Source of the DNA: Candidatus Didemnitutus sp.
Lineage (GTDB): Bacteria; Verrucomicrobiota; Verrucomicrobiia; Opitutales; Opitutaceae
DNA: 32,000 bases
NCBI GenBank assembly: GCA_035545955.1
Contig: DASZXI010000077.1
Span: 1 to 32,000 of the forward strand
Reading direction: 5' to 3'
The position numbers and the translations under genes were made by a program. Shown one piece after another: positions 1-8,199 of this stretch. The notes below the pieces were generated by a model that saw only the letters and a list, made by a program, of their open reading frames with translations, was not told the origin of the DNA and searched no databases. Numbering within the stretch: position 1 is the first letter of the stretch; each line of letters opens with the position of its first letter.

Positions 1-88
1 GCTCAAAGCGAGCGCTCGTTGGTGGGCGAGAAGCACAAACTCGAGTCGTTGGGACATGGGGGTATGGGTGCACCACGGCATCCCATGG

Positions 89-128
89 TGTTACCCATGT
101 CTCCGAACACCTGTCACCCATGTCTCCG
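89..128. repeat. two direct copies of the 17-nt motif TGTYACCCATGTCTCCG (89-105 and 112-128)
   Basis: Read directly: tgttacccatgtctccg and tgtcacccatgtctccg, 16/17 identical, 23-nt period, in non-coding DNA downstream of msrA. Confidence 0.6.
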
Positions 129-158
129 GTCCTTACAGTCCGCATCGATCCGTTGCCA

Positions 159-179
159 GGCGGCATTGGCAATGCCGCC
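159..179 (-). terminator. GC-rich hairpin downstream of msrA (possible terminator, no U tract)
   Basis: GGCGGCATT-ggc-AATGCCGCC gives a perfect 9-bp stem with a 3-nt loop, 18 nt past the msrA stop codon (197-199). No T/U run follows on either strand, so terminator function is uncertain. Confidence 0.25.
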
Positions 180-196
180 CTACAACCTCACCCGCC

Positions 197-820
197 TTAC
201 TTGGGATCCTGCGAAATCACGCCCTTGTCCTGCAGCTTCTTCACCTTGGGCCGGATCACGATGCTGCAATAGCCCTGGTTCGGATGCTGGTTGTAATAGT
301 CCTGATGGTAATTTTCAGCCGCATAGAAATGCGTCAGCGGCACGATCTCCGTCACGATCGGATCCTCCCAATTGGCCTGCGCGGCGATCTTCGCGCGGCC
401 TGCAACCTTGTGCTGCTCCTCGTTCAGATAGAAAATTGCGGACCGATACTGCGTGCCCTCGTCCGCGCCCTGGCGGTTCAGCGTCGTCGGGTCGTGCGCC
501 TCGAAGAAAACCTCCAGCAGCTTGGCGTAGCTCAGGACCTTCGGATCGAATTCGATGCGCGCCACCTCGGCGTGGCCGGTGTCTCCCGTGCACACATCCT
601 GGTAGGTCGGATTGACGGTGTGACCGCCAGCGTAACCGCTCGTGACCTTGATCACGCCCGGCAGACGTTGATAGACGGCCTCGAGGCACCAAAAACAGCC
701 GCCACCGAGGACGGCGACCTCGGTCTGGGCGGGTGGCGGATTGGCGGGCGCGGACGATGCGGAAGGGGTCATGAGAAGCAGGGCCGTCGTGACGGCAAAA
801 AATGTTGGGATCAGTTTCAT
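197..820 (-). CDS. msrA: peptide-methionine (S)-S-oxide reductase MsrA, with N-terminal signal peptide
   Basis: 207-aa ORF with ATG at 818-820. Contains the MsrA active-site motif GGGCFWC plus 'GYAGG...NPTY..VC.G.TGHAEV' and 'YHQ.Y'. The hydrophobic N-terminus MKLIPTFFAVTTALLLMTPSASSA looks like an export signal. Confidence 0.95.
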   Translation of the reverse strand: MKLIPTFFAVTTALLLMTPSASSAPANPPPAQTEVAVLGGGCFWCLEAVYQRLPGVIKVTSGYAGGHTVNPTYQDVCTGDTGHAEVARIEFDPKVLSYAKLLEVFFEAHDPTTLNRQGADEGTQYRSAIFYLNEEQHKVAGRAKIAAQANWEDPIVTEIVPLTHFYAAENYHQDYYNQHPNQGYCSIVIRPKVKKLQDKGVISQDPK

Positions 821-866
821 GGGACGCGGGGTGTGAGCCGCCGGGGTCCCGCGATATTCCCGGCGC

Positions 867-1253
867 CTATTTCGATCGCTGGATCAGCTCGATCTCGTAG
901 CCCTCCGGCGCGTCGATGAAGGCGATGACCGAGCCGCTGCCGGTTTTCGTCGGGCCGTCGCTCAGCGCAAACCCCCTGGCCTTCAGGTCGGCCGCAAACT
1001 GCTCCAGATTGTCGACCTCGAACGCCAGGTGCATCAGGTCCGGCTGCACCTGCACCGGCGGCGAGCCCGCCGGCATCTGGCAGAGCTCAATTTCCTCGTC
1101 GCTGTTCGGCGTGGCCAGAAAAACCAGCTGCGCCCCGCGCGGCGAGGTATGACGGCGCGACGCCTTCAGCCCCAGGGCCGTCTCGTAGAACTTTACACTG
1201 CGCTCGAGGTCATTCACGCGCATGCGGGTGTGGAGAAGCTTTTTGACTGACAT
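867..1253 (-). CDS. VOC/glyoxalase-I family protein (lactoylglutathione-lyase-like)
   Basis: 128-aa ORF with an ATG start. 'LHTRMRVNDLERSVKFYETALGL' and 'HLAFEVD...G...E..ELIQ' are typical of the glyoxalase/bleomycin-resistance fold. It lies 46 nt upstream of msrA on the same strand. Confidence 0.85.
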   Translation of the reverse strand: MSVKKLLHTRMRVNDLERSVKFYETALGLKASRRHTSPRGAQLVFLATPNSDEEIELCQMPAGSPPVQVQPDLMHLAFEVDNLEQFAADLKARGFALSDGPTKTGSGSVIAFIDAPEGYEIELIQRSK

Positions 1254-1322
1254 GGTTGTTCGACGCTATCCTGCCTTTCCGTCATTGCAACTCGCGTCCG
1301 CCGCGGTTCGCGTTTCGCTTCC

Positions 1323-2291
1323 GTGATCACCACGTCGTCCCTCACCCTCGCCGACATCCGCGCCGCCCACGAGCGCATCCGGCCCTACATCGTGCGCACG
1401 CCGGTGATGACGCACGACGCGCTCGACGCCGTGACCGGCGCGCGCCTCTTCTTCAAGTGCGAAAACCTGCAGGCCGCGGGTGCGTTCAAGACCCGCGGTG
1501 CATGCAACGCGGTGTTCTCGCTCGACGACGCCGAGGCCGCGCGCGGCGTCGCCACGCACTCCTCCGGCAATCACGCCGCCGCCCTCGCCCGCGCCGCCCA
1601 GCTCCGCGGCATTCCCGCGCGCATCGTCATGCCGGTCAACGCGCCGAAATCAAAGGTGCACAACGTCGGCAGCTTCGGCGGGTGGATCAGTTTCTGCGAA
1701 CCCAACCTGGTCGCCCGCGAGGCCGCCTGCGCGCGCATCATCGAGGAGACCGGCGCGAACCTCGTGCATCCCTTCGACGATTTTCGCGTCATGGCCGGCC
1801 AGGGCACCGCCGTGATCGAGCTGCTCGAGGACGCCCCTGATCTGGACCTGGTGGTTTGTCCGGTCGGCGGCGGTGGCCTTCTCTGTGGGACGGCCGTGGC
1901 CGCGAAGGCGATCCGTCCCGGCATCCGCGTCATCGGCGTCGAGCCCGCGCTGGCCGACGACGTCGCGCAATCGTTTCACACCGGTCGCCGCACCGCCATC
2001 AAGACCCCGGCGACGATTGCCGACGGACTCCGCACGAACTGCACCGGCGAAAAGAATTTCCCGCTCATCCGGGAAAACGTCGACGACGTCGTGACCGTGG
2101 ACGAGGAGTCGATTCTGGCCGCCACCCGTGAACTCTGGGAAACGTTCCGCATGGTGGTGGAGCCCTCGGCGGCTGTCCCCTACGCCGCCGTGCGTGCCAG
2201 GAAAGTCTCGGGAAAGAAAATCGGCGTCATCCTCACCGGCGGTAATGCCGACCCGGATACTTTGCCATGGCTGGTGGAGCCGAAGGCGTGA
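1323..2291 (+). CDS. PLP-dependent serine/threonine dehydratase (serine-racemase / threo-3-hydroxyaspartate ammonia-lyase-like)
   Basis: 322-aa ORF with a GTG start. PLP-lysine motif 'GAFKTRGA', 'HSSGNHAAALA' and the glycine loop 'CPVGGGGL' are present. It is divergent from the VOC gene (69-nt intergenic). Confidence 0.9.
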   Translation: MITTSSLTLADIRAAHERIRPYIVRTPVMTHDALDAVTGARLFFKCENLQAAGAFKTRGACNAVFSLDDAEAARGVATHSSGNHAAALARAAQLRGIPARIVMPVNAPKSKVHNVGSFGGWISFCEPNLVAREAACARIIEETGANLVHPFDDFRVMAGQGTAVIELLEDAPDLDLVVCPVGGGGLLCGTAVAAKAIRPGIRVIGVEPALADDVAQSFHTGRRTAIKTPATIADGLRTNCTGEKNFPLIRENVDDVVTVDEESILAATRELWETFRMVVEPSAAVPYAAVRARKVSGKKIGVILTGGNADPDTLPWLVEPKA

Positions 2292-2449
2292 GCGGCGAAG
2301 GGTGAGAGGTAAGCTGAAAGTGTCCGATGTCCTCATCGGAAAGCCGGCATTTGAACCGGCCCGTGGTCGCCCGGACATTTCCCCGCAATTCACGGCGTCG
2401 CGGGAGCTCCCTTCCGAGCCAGACATCGTTCACCGCAGACGTAGCTTAG

Positions 2450-2516
2450 GTAGGAGCCTGCTTGCAGGCGAACAGAACAGGGCAACCCATCCCATCGCCT
2501 GCAAGCAGGCTCCTAC
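2450..2516. repeat. REPIN: perfect 22-bp inverted pair of a GTAG-headed REP (GTAGGAGCCTGCTTGCAGGCGA)
   Basis: 2450-2471 is the exact reverse complement of 2495-2516, with a 23-nt spacer. Each arm contains its own palindrome GCCTGC-tt-GCAGGC. It sits between the convergent dehydratase and MFS genes. Confidence 0.85.
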
Positions 2517-2694
2517 ATGTCCGACGCCGAAGCGGCTTCACGGCGAGTCGCCATCAACGTCTTCTCGGTTCTCAGTTCTTCGCGCCAATCGTCCTTCGTA
2601 CCTCGTAAATTGTACTTTTCCGACCCGTCACCGGTGAAGGCAGCGCATGCGCAGAGCATGGCAGCATTCGCGGATTCCGCTCACCGCCAACCGC

Positions 2695-3933
2695 TCACGT
2701 TCTCTTCTTCTCCACCTCCGGCAGGAATCCCGTGAGCAGGCCGATCAGCGGCAGATAGGCGCAGACCTTGAACACGAAGTTGATGCTCGTGTGATCGGCC
2801 AGCTGCCCGAGCAAGGCGGAGCCAATGCCGCCGGCACCGAACGCCAGCCCGAAAAACAGTCCGGCCACCAGTCCCACCCGACCCGGCATCAGCTCCTGCG
2901 CGTAGACGAGGATCGCGGAGAAGGCCGACGCGAGGATCAAACCCGCGCACATCGCGAGAACGATCGTGAGCGGAAGATTCACGTGCGGCAGCAGCAGCGA
3001 GAACGGCGCCACCCCGAGGATGGAAATCCAGATTACCGGTTTTCGACCGATGCGATCGCCGACCGGTCCACCGATGATCGTGCCTGCCGCCACGGCGAAC
3101 AGGAAACTGAACAGGCCGAACTGCGCCTGCGGCACGGACAGCGCAAAGCGATCCATGAGATAGAACGTGTAGTAGTTGCTCAGGCTGACGAGGTAGAAGT
3201 ACTTCGAGAAGATCAGCACGATCAGGATGAAGATCGCGAAAGCGACGCGCGCCGTCGAAAATGCCGACCTCTTGGACGCGGACGACGCCTTGCCCGCCGC
3301 GTGCGTCGCCGCGAGACGGCGGCGATACCATCCGCCCACGCGCCACAGGACAAAAATTCCCGCCGCGGCGAGCAGGGTGAAGGCCGCGATCGAATGCTGT
3401 CCGAACGGAACCACCACCAGTGCGGCCAGCGGCGGTCCGAGCGAGGAGCCGAAGTTGCCGCCAACCTGAAACAGCGACTGGGCGAAACCGTGCTTTCCGC
3501 CCGAGGCCATGCGGGCCACCCGCGAAGCCTCCGGATGGAAAATCGCCGAACCTGCGCCAACCGTCGCCGCCGAGATCAGGATCATCGGGTAACTCCACGC
3601 CTGCGAGAGCATCACCAGGCCGACCAGTGAAATCCCCATTCCGGTCGCCAATGAAAACGGCTTCGGATGGCGGTCAGTGTAGAGTCCGACGAACGGCTGC
3701 AGAATCGAGGCCGTGATCTGAAAGGTCAGGGTGATCAATCCTACCTGGGTGTAGTTCAGCCGAAAATTATCCTTCAGCACCGGATAGATCGCCGGGATCA
3801 GCGACTGGATCGTATCGTTCAGCAGATGCGAAATCGCCAGCGCCCACAGGATGCTCATCACCGTGGTGCGGGCCGCGTCGGCGGCGATCGCCTTCGCATC
3901 AACTCCGGGCTGACTGGGAACAACGGAACTCAT
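2695..3933 (-). CDS. MFS transporter (Fsr/fosmidomycin-resistance-like)
   Basis: The ORF is open to 4032, but the first ATG that precedes the first TM segment is at 3931-3933 (MSSVVPSQPG...). About 12 hydrophobic segments are visible. 'HLLNDTIQSLIPAIYPVLK' and 'GLYTDRHPKP' resemble the Fsr subfamily, as I remember it. Confidence 0.85.
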   Translation of the reverse strand: MSSVVPSQPGVDAKAIAADAARTTVMSILWALAISHLLNDTIQSLIPAIYPVLKDNFRLNYTQVGLITLTFQITASILQPFVGLYTDRHPKPFSLATGMGISLVGLVMLSQAWSYPMILISAATVGAGSAIFHPEASRVARMASGGKHGFAQSLFQVGGNFGSSLGPPLAALVVVPFGQHSIAAFTLLAAAGIFVLWRVGGWYRRRLAATHAAGKASSASKRSAFSTARVAFAIFILIVLIFSKYFYLVSLSNYYTFYLMDRFALSVPQAQFGLFSFLFAVAAGTIIGGPVGDRIGRKPVIWISILGVAPFSLLLPHVNLPLTIVLAMCAGLILASAFSAILVYAQELMPGRVGLVAGLFFGLAFGAGGIGSALLGQLADHTSINFVFKVCAYLPLIGLLTGFLPEVEKKRT

Positions 3934-4219
3934 CGCGCGCAAAGCTCGCCGCGACGGCGCGGCTGTCAAGGCACCCCAATGTGTCAACCCGTTCGGAGGT
4001 GGCACAGTGGGCCACCGGACGGTTCGCCACAATTCGCCGCCGGGATTTAAGCGACGTCATTTATTTGGCCCACGAATTTGCGCGAACAACGCACCCGTCA
4101 TCCAAATATCTTTAGATTCCGGTCAGACTCATGCCGTCGAACAAGAACTCTGGGGGGACGAGACCGCAGGGCGCAAACCACGAATCAGGGAATTCAATTC
4201 TCTCGCGGGTGAGGGGTCT

Positions 4220-4247
4220 CTCAACCCTCAACTCTCAACCCTCAACC
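4220..4247. repeat. heptanucleotide tandem repeat (CTCAACY)x4
   Basis: ctcaacc ctcaact ctcaacc ctcaacc, read directly. It begins 13 nt downstream of the chemoreceptor stop codon (4260-4262). Confidence 0.8.
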
Positions 4248-4259
4248 GCACGCATCCGC

Positions 4260-5813
4260 TCACGCCACCGGCAACGAGTGTTCGGGCGCGCCGTTCGGAA
4301 TGGGTTTCAGCACCGGCTTCACTGTCGGTCTGATGGTTCGACGCGGTGGCGGCGCCGCGTGATTCGCTGCGCTTGCCGCTTGGGACGCTGCCCCGATCAG
4401 TTTCATCAGTTCGCCGACATTCTCGTGCATGACCTGCGCCTGGGCGCTCAATTCCTCCGCCGCCGCCGCGGTTTCCTCCGCGCTGCTGGCGTTGGCCTGC
4501 GTGACCTTATCCATTTGGCCGACCGCCGAGTTCACCTGGCCGATGCCCTGGTTTTGCTCGCTCGAAGCGGTGGCGATCTCGCCGACATGAGAGTCCACCT
4601 GGCGGGCCTTCTCGACGATCTGGCCCAGCGCCCGTGCCACTTCGGCGGAAATCGCCACGCCGCGATCGCTCCGCTGAATCGCATCCTCGATCTTGCCGGC
4701 GGTTTCCCGCGCGGCTCCCGCCGCCCGTTGCGCCAGGGCACGGACTTCCTCGGCGACGACCGCGAAACCGGCACCGGCCTCGCCCGCCCGCGCGGCCTCA
4801 ACCGCGGCGTTCAATGCGAGGATGTTCGTCTGAAAGGCAATTTCGTCGATGGTCTTGATGATCTTCGCGATGTCGGAGGACGAATCCTTGATGGCATCCA
4901 TCGCCGTCCGCATATCGTTCATCTGCACCGCACCATGCTCGGCCGCGGACCGCGTCTGTTGCGCCACGTCCTTCGCCTGCTGCGCGCTCTCGGCGTTGCG
5001 CTGCGTCATCGAGGCCATTTCCTCCAGCGACGCGCTCGTTTCCTCAAGACTGGCGGCCTGCTCGCTCGAACCATCGGCGAGGCTCTGGCTCGCGCCGGAA
5101 ACCTGACGCGAAGCGGCGGCCACCTGGTCGGCGCTGTCCCTGAGTCCGCCCGCCACGCGGCTCAACCGTGCGCCGATGCCGCGGGCGATCAGGAAACCGG
5201 CGACTGTCGCCGTCAGAAAGGAAATCACACCCAGCGTCACGGACGTGGTGAGGCTGCGGGTGGCGCTCGACTTGACCCCGTCCGCCTTCTCCTGGGCGGA
5301 TTTCTCGTTCAGCTCGACGCAGGCCTTGATGGCATCCGCGAAGACCCCGTAGGCCTTGACCGCATCGCCCTTCAGCAGCGCGAGCGCCTCGGCGTTCTTG
5401 TGGGCGCGGCTGAGTGCACGGACCTGCTTGGCCAGGGCCCGAAAATCGTTCAGCGCCGGCTCGATCTTCGCATGGAGCGCCATCTCCTCGTCCGAGTTCG
5501 CATACTTCTCGTGTTCCTTGATCAGGCCCAGGATCTCCTGCGCATGCGCGTCGCAATCCCGGTCGATCGCCGCCTTCTCCGCATCGTCATCCGCCAGAAT
5601 GTGGCGGTTGGTCAGGATGCGGTACTCGAGCGCATCGCGCTGCATGTGGCTGACGAGCTGCATTCCGGGCAGCTCGTCGCCGGCGATGTCGGACACGTCG
5701 GACTTGATGCCGCGGAGGGTGAAGATGAAGACGACGGTCGCGACCACATTGAGGATCACGAGAATGGCGAAGCCCAGCGTTAGACGCTGGCCGATGGTGA
5801 AGTTCTTGCTCAT
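4260..5813 (-). CDS. methyl-accepting chemotaxis protein (N-terminal TM + periplasmic helical sensor, HAMP, MA signalling domain)
   Basis: 517-aa ORF. It has an N-terminal TM segment '[21 protein letters not shown]' and a second TM segment '[19 protein letters not shown]'. The conserved signalling hairpin '[16 protein letters not shown]', '[39 protein letters not shown]' is present. Confidence 0.95.
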   Translation of the reverse strand: MSKNFTIGQRLTLGFAILVILNVVATVVFIFTLRGIKSDVSDIAGDELPGMQLVSHMQRDALEYRILTNRHILADDDAEKAAIDRDCDAHAQEILGLIKEHEKYANSDEEMALHAKIEPALNDFRALAKQVRALSRAHKNAEALALLKGDAVKAYGVFADAIKACVELNEKSAQEKADGVKSSATRSLTTSVTLGVISFLTATVAGFLIARGIGARLSRVAGGLRDSADQVAAASRQVSGASQSLADGSSEQAASLEETSASLEEMASMTQRNAESAQQAKDVAQQTRSAAEHGAVQMNDMRTAMDAIKDSSSDIAKIIKTIDEIAFQTNILALNAAVEAARAGEAGAGFAVVAEEVRALAQRAAGAARETAGKIEDAIQRSDRGVAISAEVARALGQIVEKARQVDSHVGEIATASSEQNQGIGQVNSAVGQMDKVTQANASSAEETAAAAEELSAQAQVMHENVGELMKLIGAASQAASAANHAAPPPRRTIRPTVKPVLKPIPNGAPEHSLPVA

Positions 5814-6150
5814 GGGATTCGTAAGTACGCGAGCAGTCCATCGACGATCCGCGCGAAAAATTCATCCGGCTCTCCGCCGCTTCCCGTCGACTTTTCCACG
5901 GCTCGCCAACGCGGGCGCCGCGTTCTCCATGAGTCTCCGACACTTAATGCCGCGGCCGCCCGTCGGAAGCCTCACGACGGCGTCCGAAAATAAATTTCGC
6001 CGAAGTCCGCAAGACGCCGGGATTTAACGCGATGTAAGCCCACCGCCTATATTCCGGATCGGGGATGCCCGCCGTCGAGCTGATCCCTTCGTCCGGCTGC
6101 AGGTTTCCGGCAGCCTTTCAGCCGTTCGCTCCTTCAGCCTTTCCCTCTGG

Positions 6151-6203
6151 TGTCCGGGCCGAGACTTGAACTCGGACGCCTTACGGCAATGGCTTCTAAA
6201 ACC
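6151..6203 (-). repeat. orphan duplicate of the 3' half of tRNA-Leu(UAG) (att-like direct repeat, distal island border)
   Basis: 6151-6203 matches 11203-11255 at 51/53 positions (mismatches at 6153 and 6200). The copy runs from the discriminator base to the anticodon loop and lacks the tRNA 5' half. Confidence 0.9.
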
Positions 6204-6383
6204 TGTATTTCCCGACGGAACGAAACCCCTCGGAGGGACACGACGGACTGAAGTGGCCCTTAGCGGTCCATAGCAGCCGCCGGAGATGGCGACGATATGG
6301 CGACGCATGAGACACGGCACACACCCCATTTCGCTATCAGCGTTGTGCCTTGAAAGCACCAGTCTACAGGACATCTTGCGCTT

Positions 6384-7226
6384 GTGGCAAAGAACTCCCA
6401 CATCGAATGGACGCATCACACGTTCAACCCTTGGTGGGGCTGCACGAAAGTCTCGCCTGCGTGCGACAATTGCTACGCTGAGTTGTGGGCGAAACGCGTC
6501 GGAGCGAAAGTGTGGGGCCACACGGCCTCACGTCGTTTCTTCGGCGATTCTCATTGGAAAGAGCCAGTGGCTTGGAATGCCGAGGCAGAGCGAAATGGAG
6601 AGCGGGCGCGAGTATTCTGCGCCAGCATGGCGGACGTGTTTGAGCGGCGGGCCGATCTTAATCCCCCTCGGGAAAGGCTGTGGAAGCTGATTGAGTCTAC
6701 GCCATGGCTCGACTGGCTGCTCCTGACCAAGCGACCGCAAAATGCGGCTAAAATGGTCCCATGGGGCAATTCGTGGCGAAAAAACGTCTGGATCGGCACT
6801 ACGGTCGAGAACCAGAAATTTGCCGAGCTTCGCTTGCCCCACTTACTAGCCCTGCCTGCCAGTGTCCGCTTTCTATCGTGCGAACCGCTGCTCGGCCCCA
6901 TTGACCTGACAAAGTGGATTGGTTCGGGGGCCGGGTTTCCGATCGACTGGGTCATCGCTGGAGGGGAGAGCGGGCCAAAAGCGCGACCGATGCATCCCGA
7001 TTGGGCTAGAGGGCTGATGCGGCAATGCCAGGCGAACGAAATCGCCTTCCATTTCAAGCAATGGGGTCACTGGGTGCCCGCCGAGATTTCCGGAGCCCCG
7101 GAGGATGCGGAAGAAATCGCATTCGACGATGCGAGGTCCGTGCGGATGACCAGATTGCCGAAAAAAGTGGCGGGCCGAATCCTTGAGGGTTTGACGTGGG
7201 ATCAAGTACCCGTTGGGGCCTCCTAG
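6384..7226 (+). CDS. DUF5131 / phage Gp37-Gp68 family protein (three-Cys-motif protein)
   Basis: 280-aa ORF with a GTG start. The N-terminus 'HIEWTHHTFNPWWGCTKVSPACDNCYA' is the family signature as I remember it. The three Cys motifs are GC..(6)..C..C (C20/C27/C30), 'VFCASMAD' (C79) and 'LSCEPLL' (C175), followed by 'WVIAGGESGP.ARP'. Confidence 0.85.
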   Translation: MAKNSHIEWTHHTFNPWWGCTKVSPACDNCYAELWAKRVGAKVWGHTASRRFFGDSHWKEPVAWNAEAERNGERARVFCASMADVFERRADLNPPRERLWKLIESTPWLDWLLLTKRPQNAAKMVPWGNSWRKNVWIGTTVENQKFAELRLPHLLALPASVRFLSCEPLLGPIDLTKWIGSGAGFPIDWVIAGGESGPKARPMHPDWARGLMRQCQANEIAFHFKQWGHWVPAEISGAPEDAEEIAFDDARSVRMTRLPKKVAGRILEGLTWDQVPVGAS

Positions 7227-8080
7227 CGGCGATATTTCTTCATTATGTGCTTCGCGATTCGCTCGCCCGTCTCGTTGTGACCGGCGAAGAAAAGATAATA
7301 CACGATCGCGCCTATTGAGTTCTTCATCGCCACTGGGTGCGGAACGAATTTAAAGCCGGCGACGGTCTTAAGCCGTTCGCGGAATGCTTCGACCAAAGTA
7401 TCGTTTCCGGTCTTTTCTGTTTCGGTCATCGCGCCACCGCCGAGATCGAACGCCATCTGCGGGCTCGGCTTGAACATCACTGCGTGCCAGTCCTCGTTGC
7501 CCCACAACCTGGTCATGCGCGCCCGGCCGTCGGGGCTGATGTCTTCCAAGCGTGCGCGTTTGGCGTTTCGATTGATGTCAGCCACCGGGAAATTGAGAAA
7601 TATTTCGATGGACCCGGATTTTCCGGCGGCCTCGAGAACCTTCCAATCAACGTGCATGCCGTAGGGGTCGATGAAGCAAAGAGCCCGCCGATACTGCTTG
7701 AATGGAAATTTTGGGAAAATCGTATCGAGCAGGATGGCATTGCAGTCGCCACTGTACACGTGGGCATTTGCGTGCCCTCGACACAGGGCTTGGAGCTGGC
7801 CGACCCGGGCATCATCGAGGTCCACGAAATGAAATTCGTCGAATCCCGGCGTTGCGAGGGCGATGGCCGGACTGCCGGGGATTTCTTCCCGGGATGACTT
7901 GTGCAAGTGTTTGCCAGCGCCAGCGAAGCCATCAATGTAGCCGGTCTTGAAAAGTCTGGCCCCGGTGTTCGTCCTTTGATTGCTGAGGATGGCGGCGTAT
8001 TCTTTGGAATAGGCCTGGAGAATGCGGAGTTTGTCTACTGACCACTGTCCAATCTCGTCGAGGCCGTCCGGGTTATTCAT
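7223..8080 (-). CDS. tcmP: three-Cys-motif partner protein TcmP (methyltransferase-fold-like)
   Basis: 285-aa ORF with ATG at 8078-8080. 'W...K...L..Y...Y', 'GYIDGFAGAG' (aa 47-56), 'GSPAIAL' and 'ALCFIDPYG' (aa 133-141) match my memory of the TIGR04474 TcmP family. It is adjacent to a DUF5131 gene, as the family definition expects. Confidence 0.8.
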   Translation of the reverse strand: MNNPDGLDEIGQWSVDKLRILQAYSKEYAAILSNQRTNTGARLFKTGYIDGFAGAGKHLHKSSREEIPGSPAIALATPGFDEFHFVDLDDARVGQLQALCRGHANAHVYSGDCNAILLDTIFPKFPFKQYRRALCFIDPYGMHVDWKVLEAAGKSGSIEIFLNFPVADINRNAKRARLEDISPDGRARMTRLWGNEDWHAVMFKPSPQMAFDLGGGAMTETEKTGNDTLVEAFRERLKTVAGFKFVPHPVAMKNSIGAIVYYLFFAGHNETGERIAKHIMKKYRR

Positions 8081-8199
8081 TCGATTTACGACGGTCTTCG
8101 CCGCTGGCCCTCAGCAAATTTCCCGTCCGCAGTTTTAAAGTGGATACGGGGTGAGCTGTCGACTTTTTCGCATTGGCCAGAAAACCCGAACACCAACTC

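Noticed and set aside
2647-3630. 327-aa + ORF and 305-aa - ORF overlapping the MFS transporter
   Set aside because: They are highly charged or Arg-rich nonsense products. The 2695-3933 minus frame gives a coherent 12-TM protein.
3934-4032. N-terminal 33-aa extension of the MFS ORF (MWRTVRWPTVPPPNG...), and similar upstream extensions of the 9408, 9022 and 10353 genes
   Set aside because: The extensions are Arg/Pro-rich and precede well-formed signal peptides or first TM segments that begin at internal ATGs. Several of the extended starts are non-ATG.
4038-4050. Exact 13-mer CGCCGGGATTTAA shared at 4038-4050 (upstream of the MFS gene) and 6015-6027 (upstream of the chemoreceptor gene) as a possible common operator
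   Set aside because: With about 1e9 possible position pairs on both strands in a 32-kb window, several exact 13-mer coincidences are expected by chance, more so at biased GC. There is no dyad symmetry and the distances to the two starts differ.
4131-5783. 550-aa + strand ORF overlapping the chemoreceptor gene
   Set aside because: It is the antisense shadow of the MCP gene, whose signalling-domain motifs are unambiguous. The product is Arg/Leu/Gly-rich with no domain pattern.
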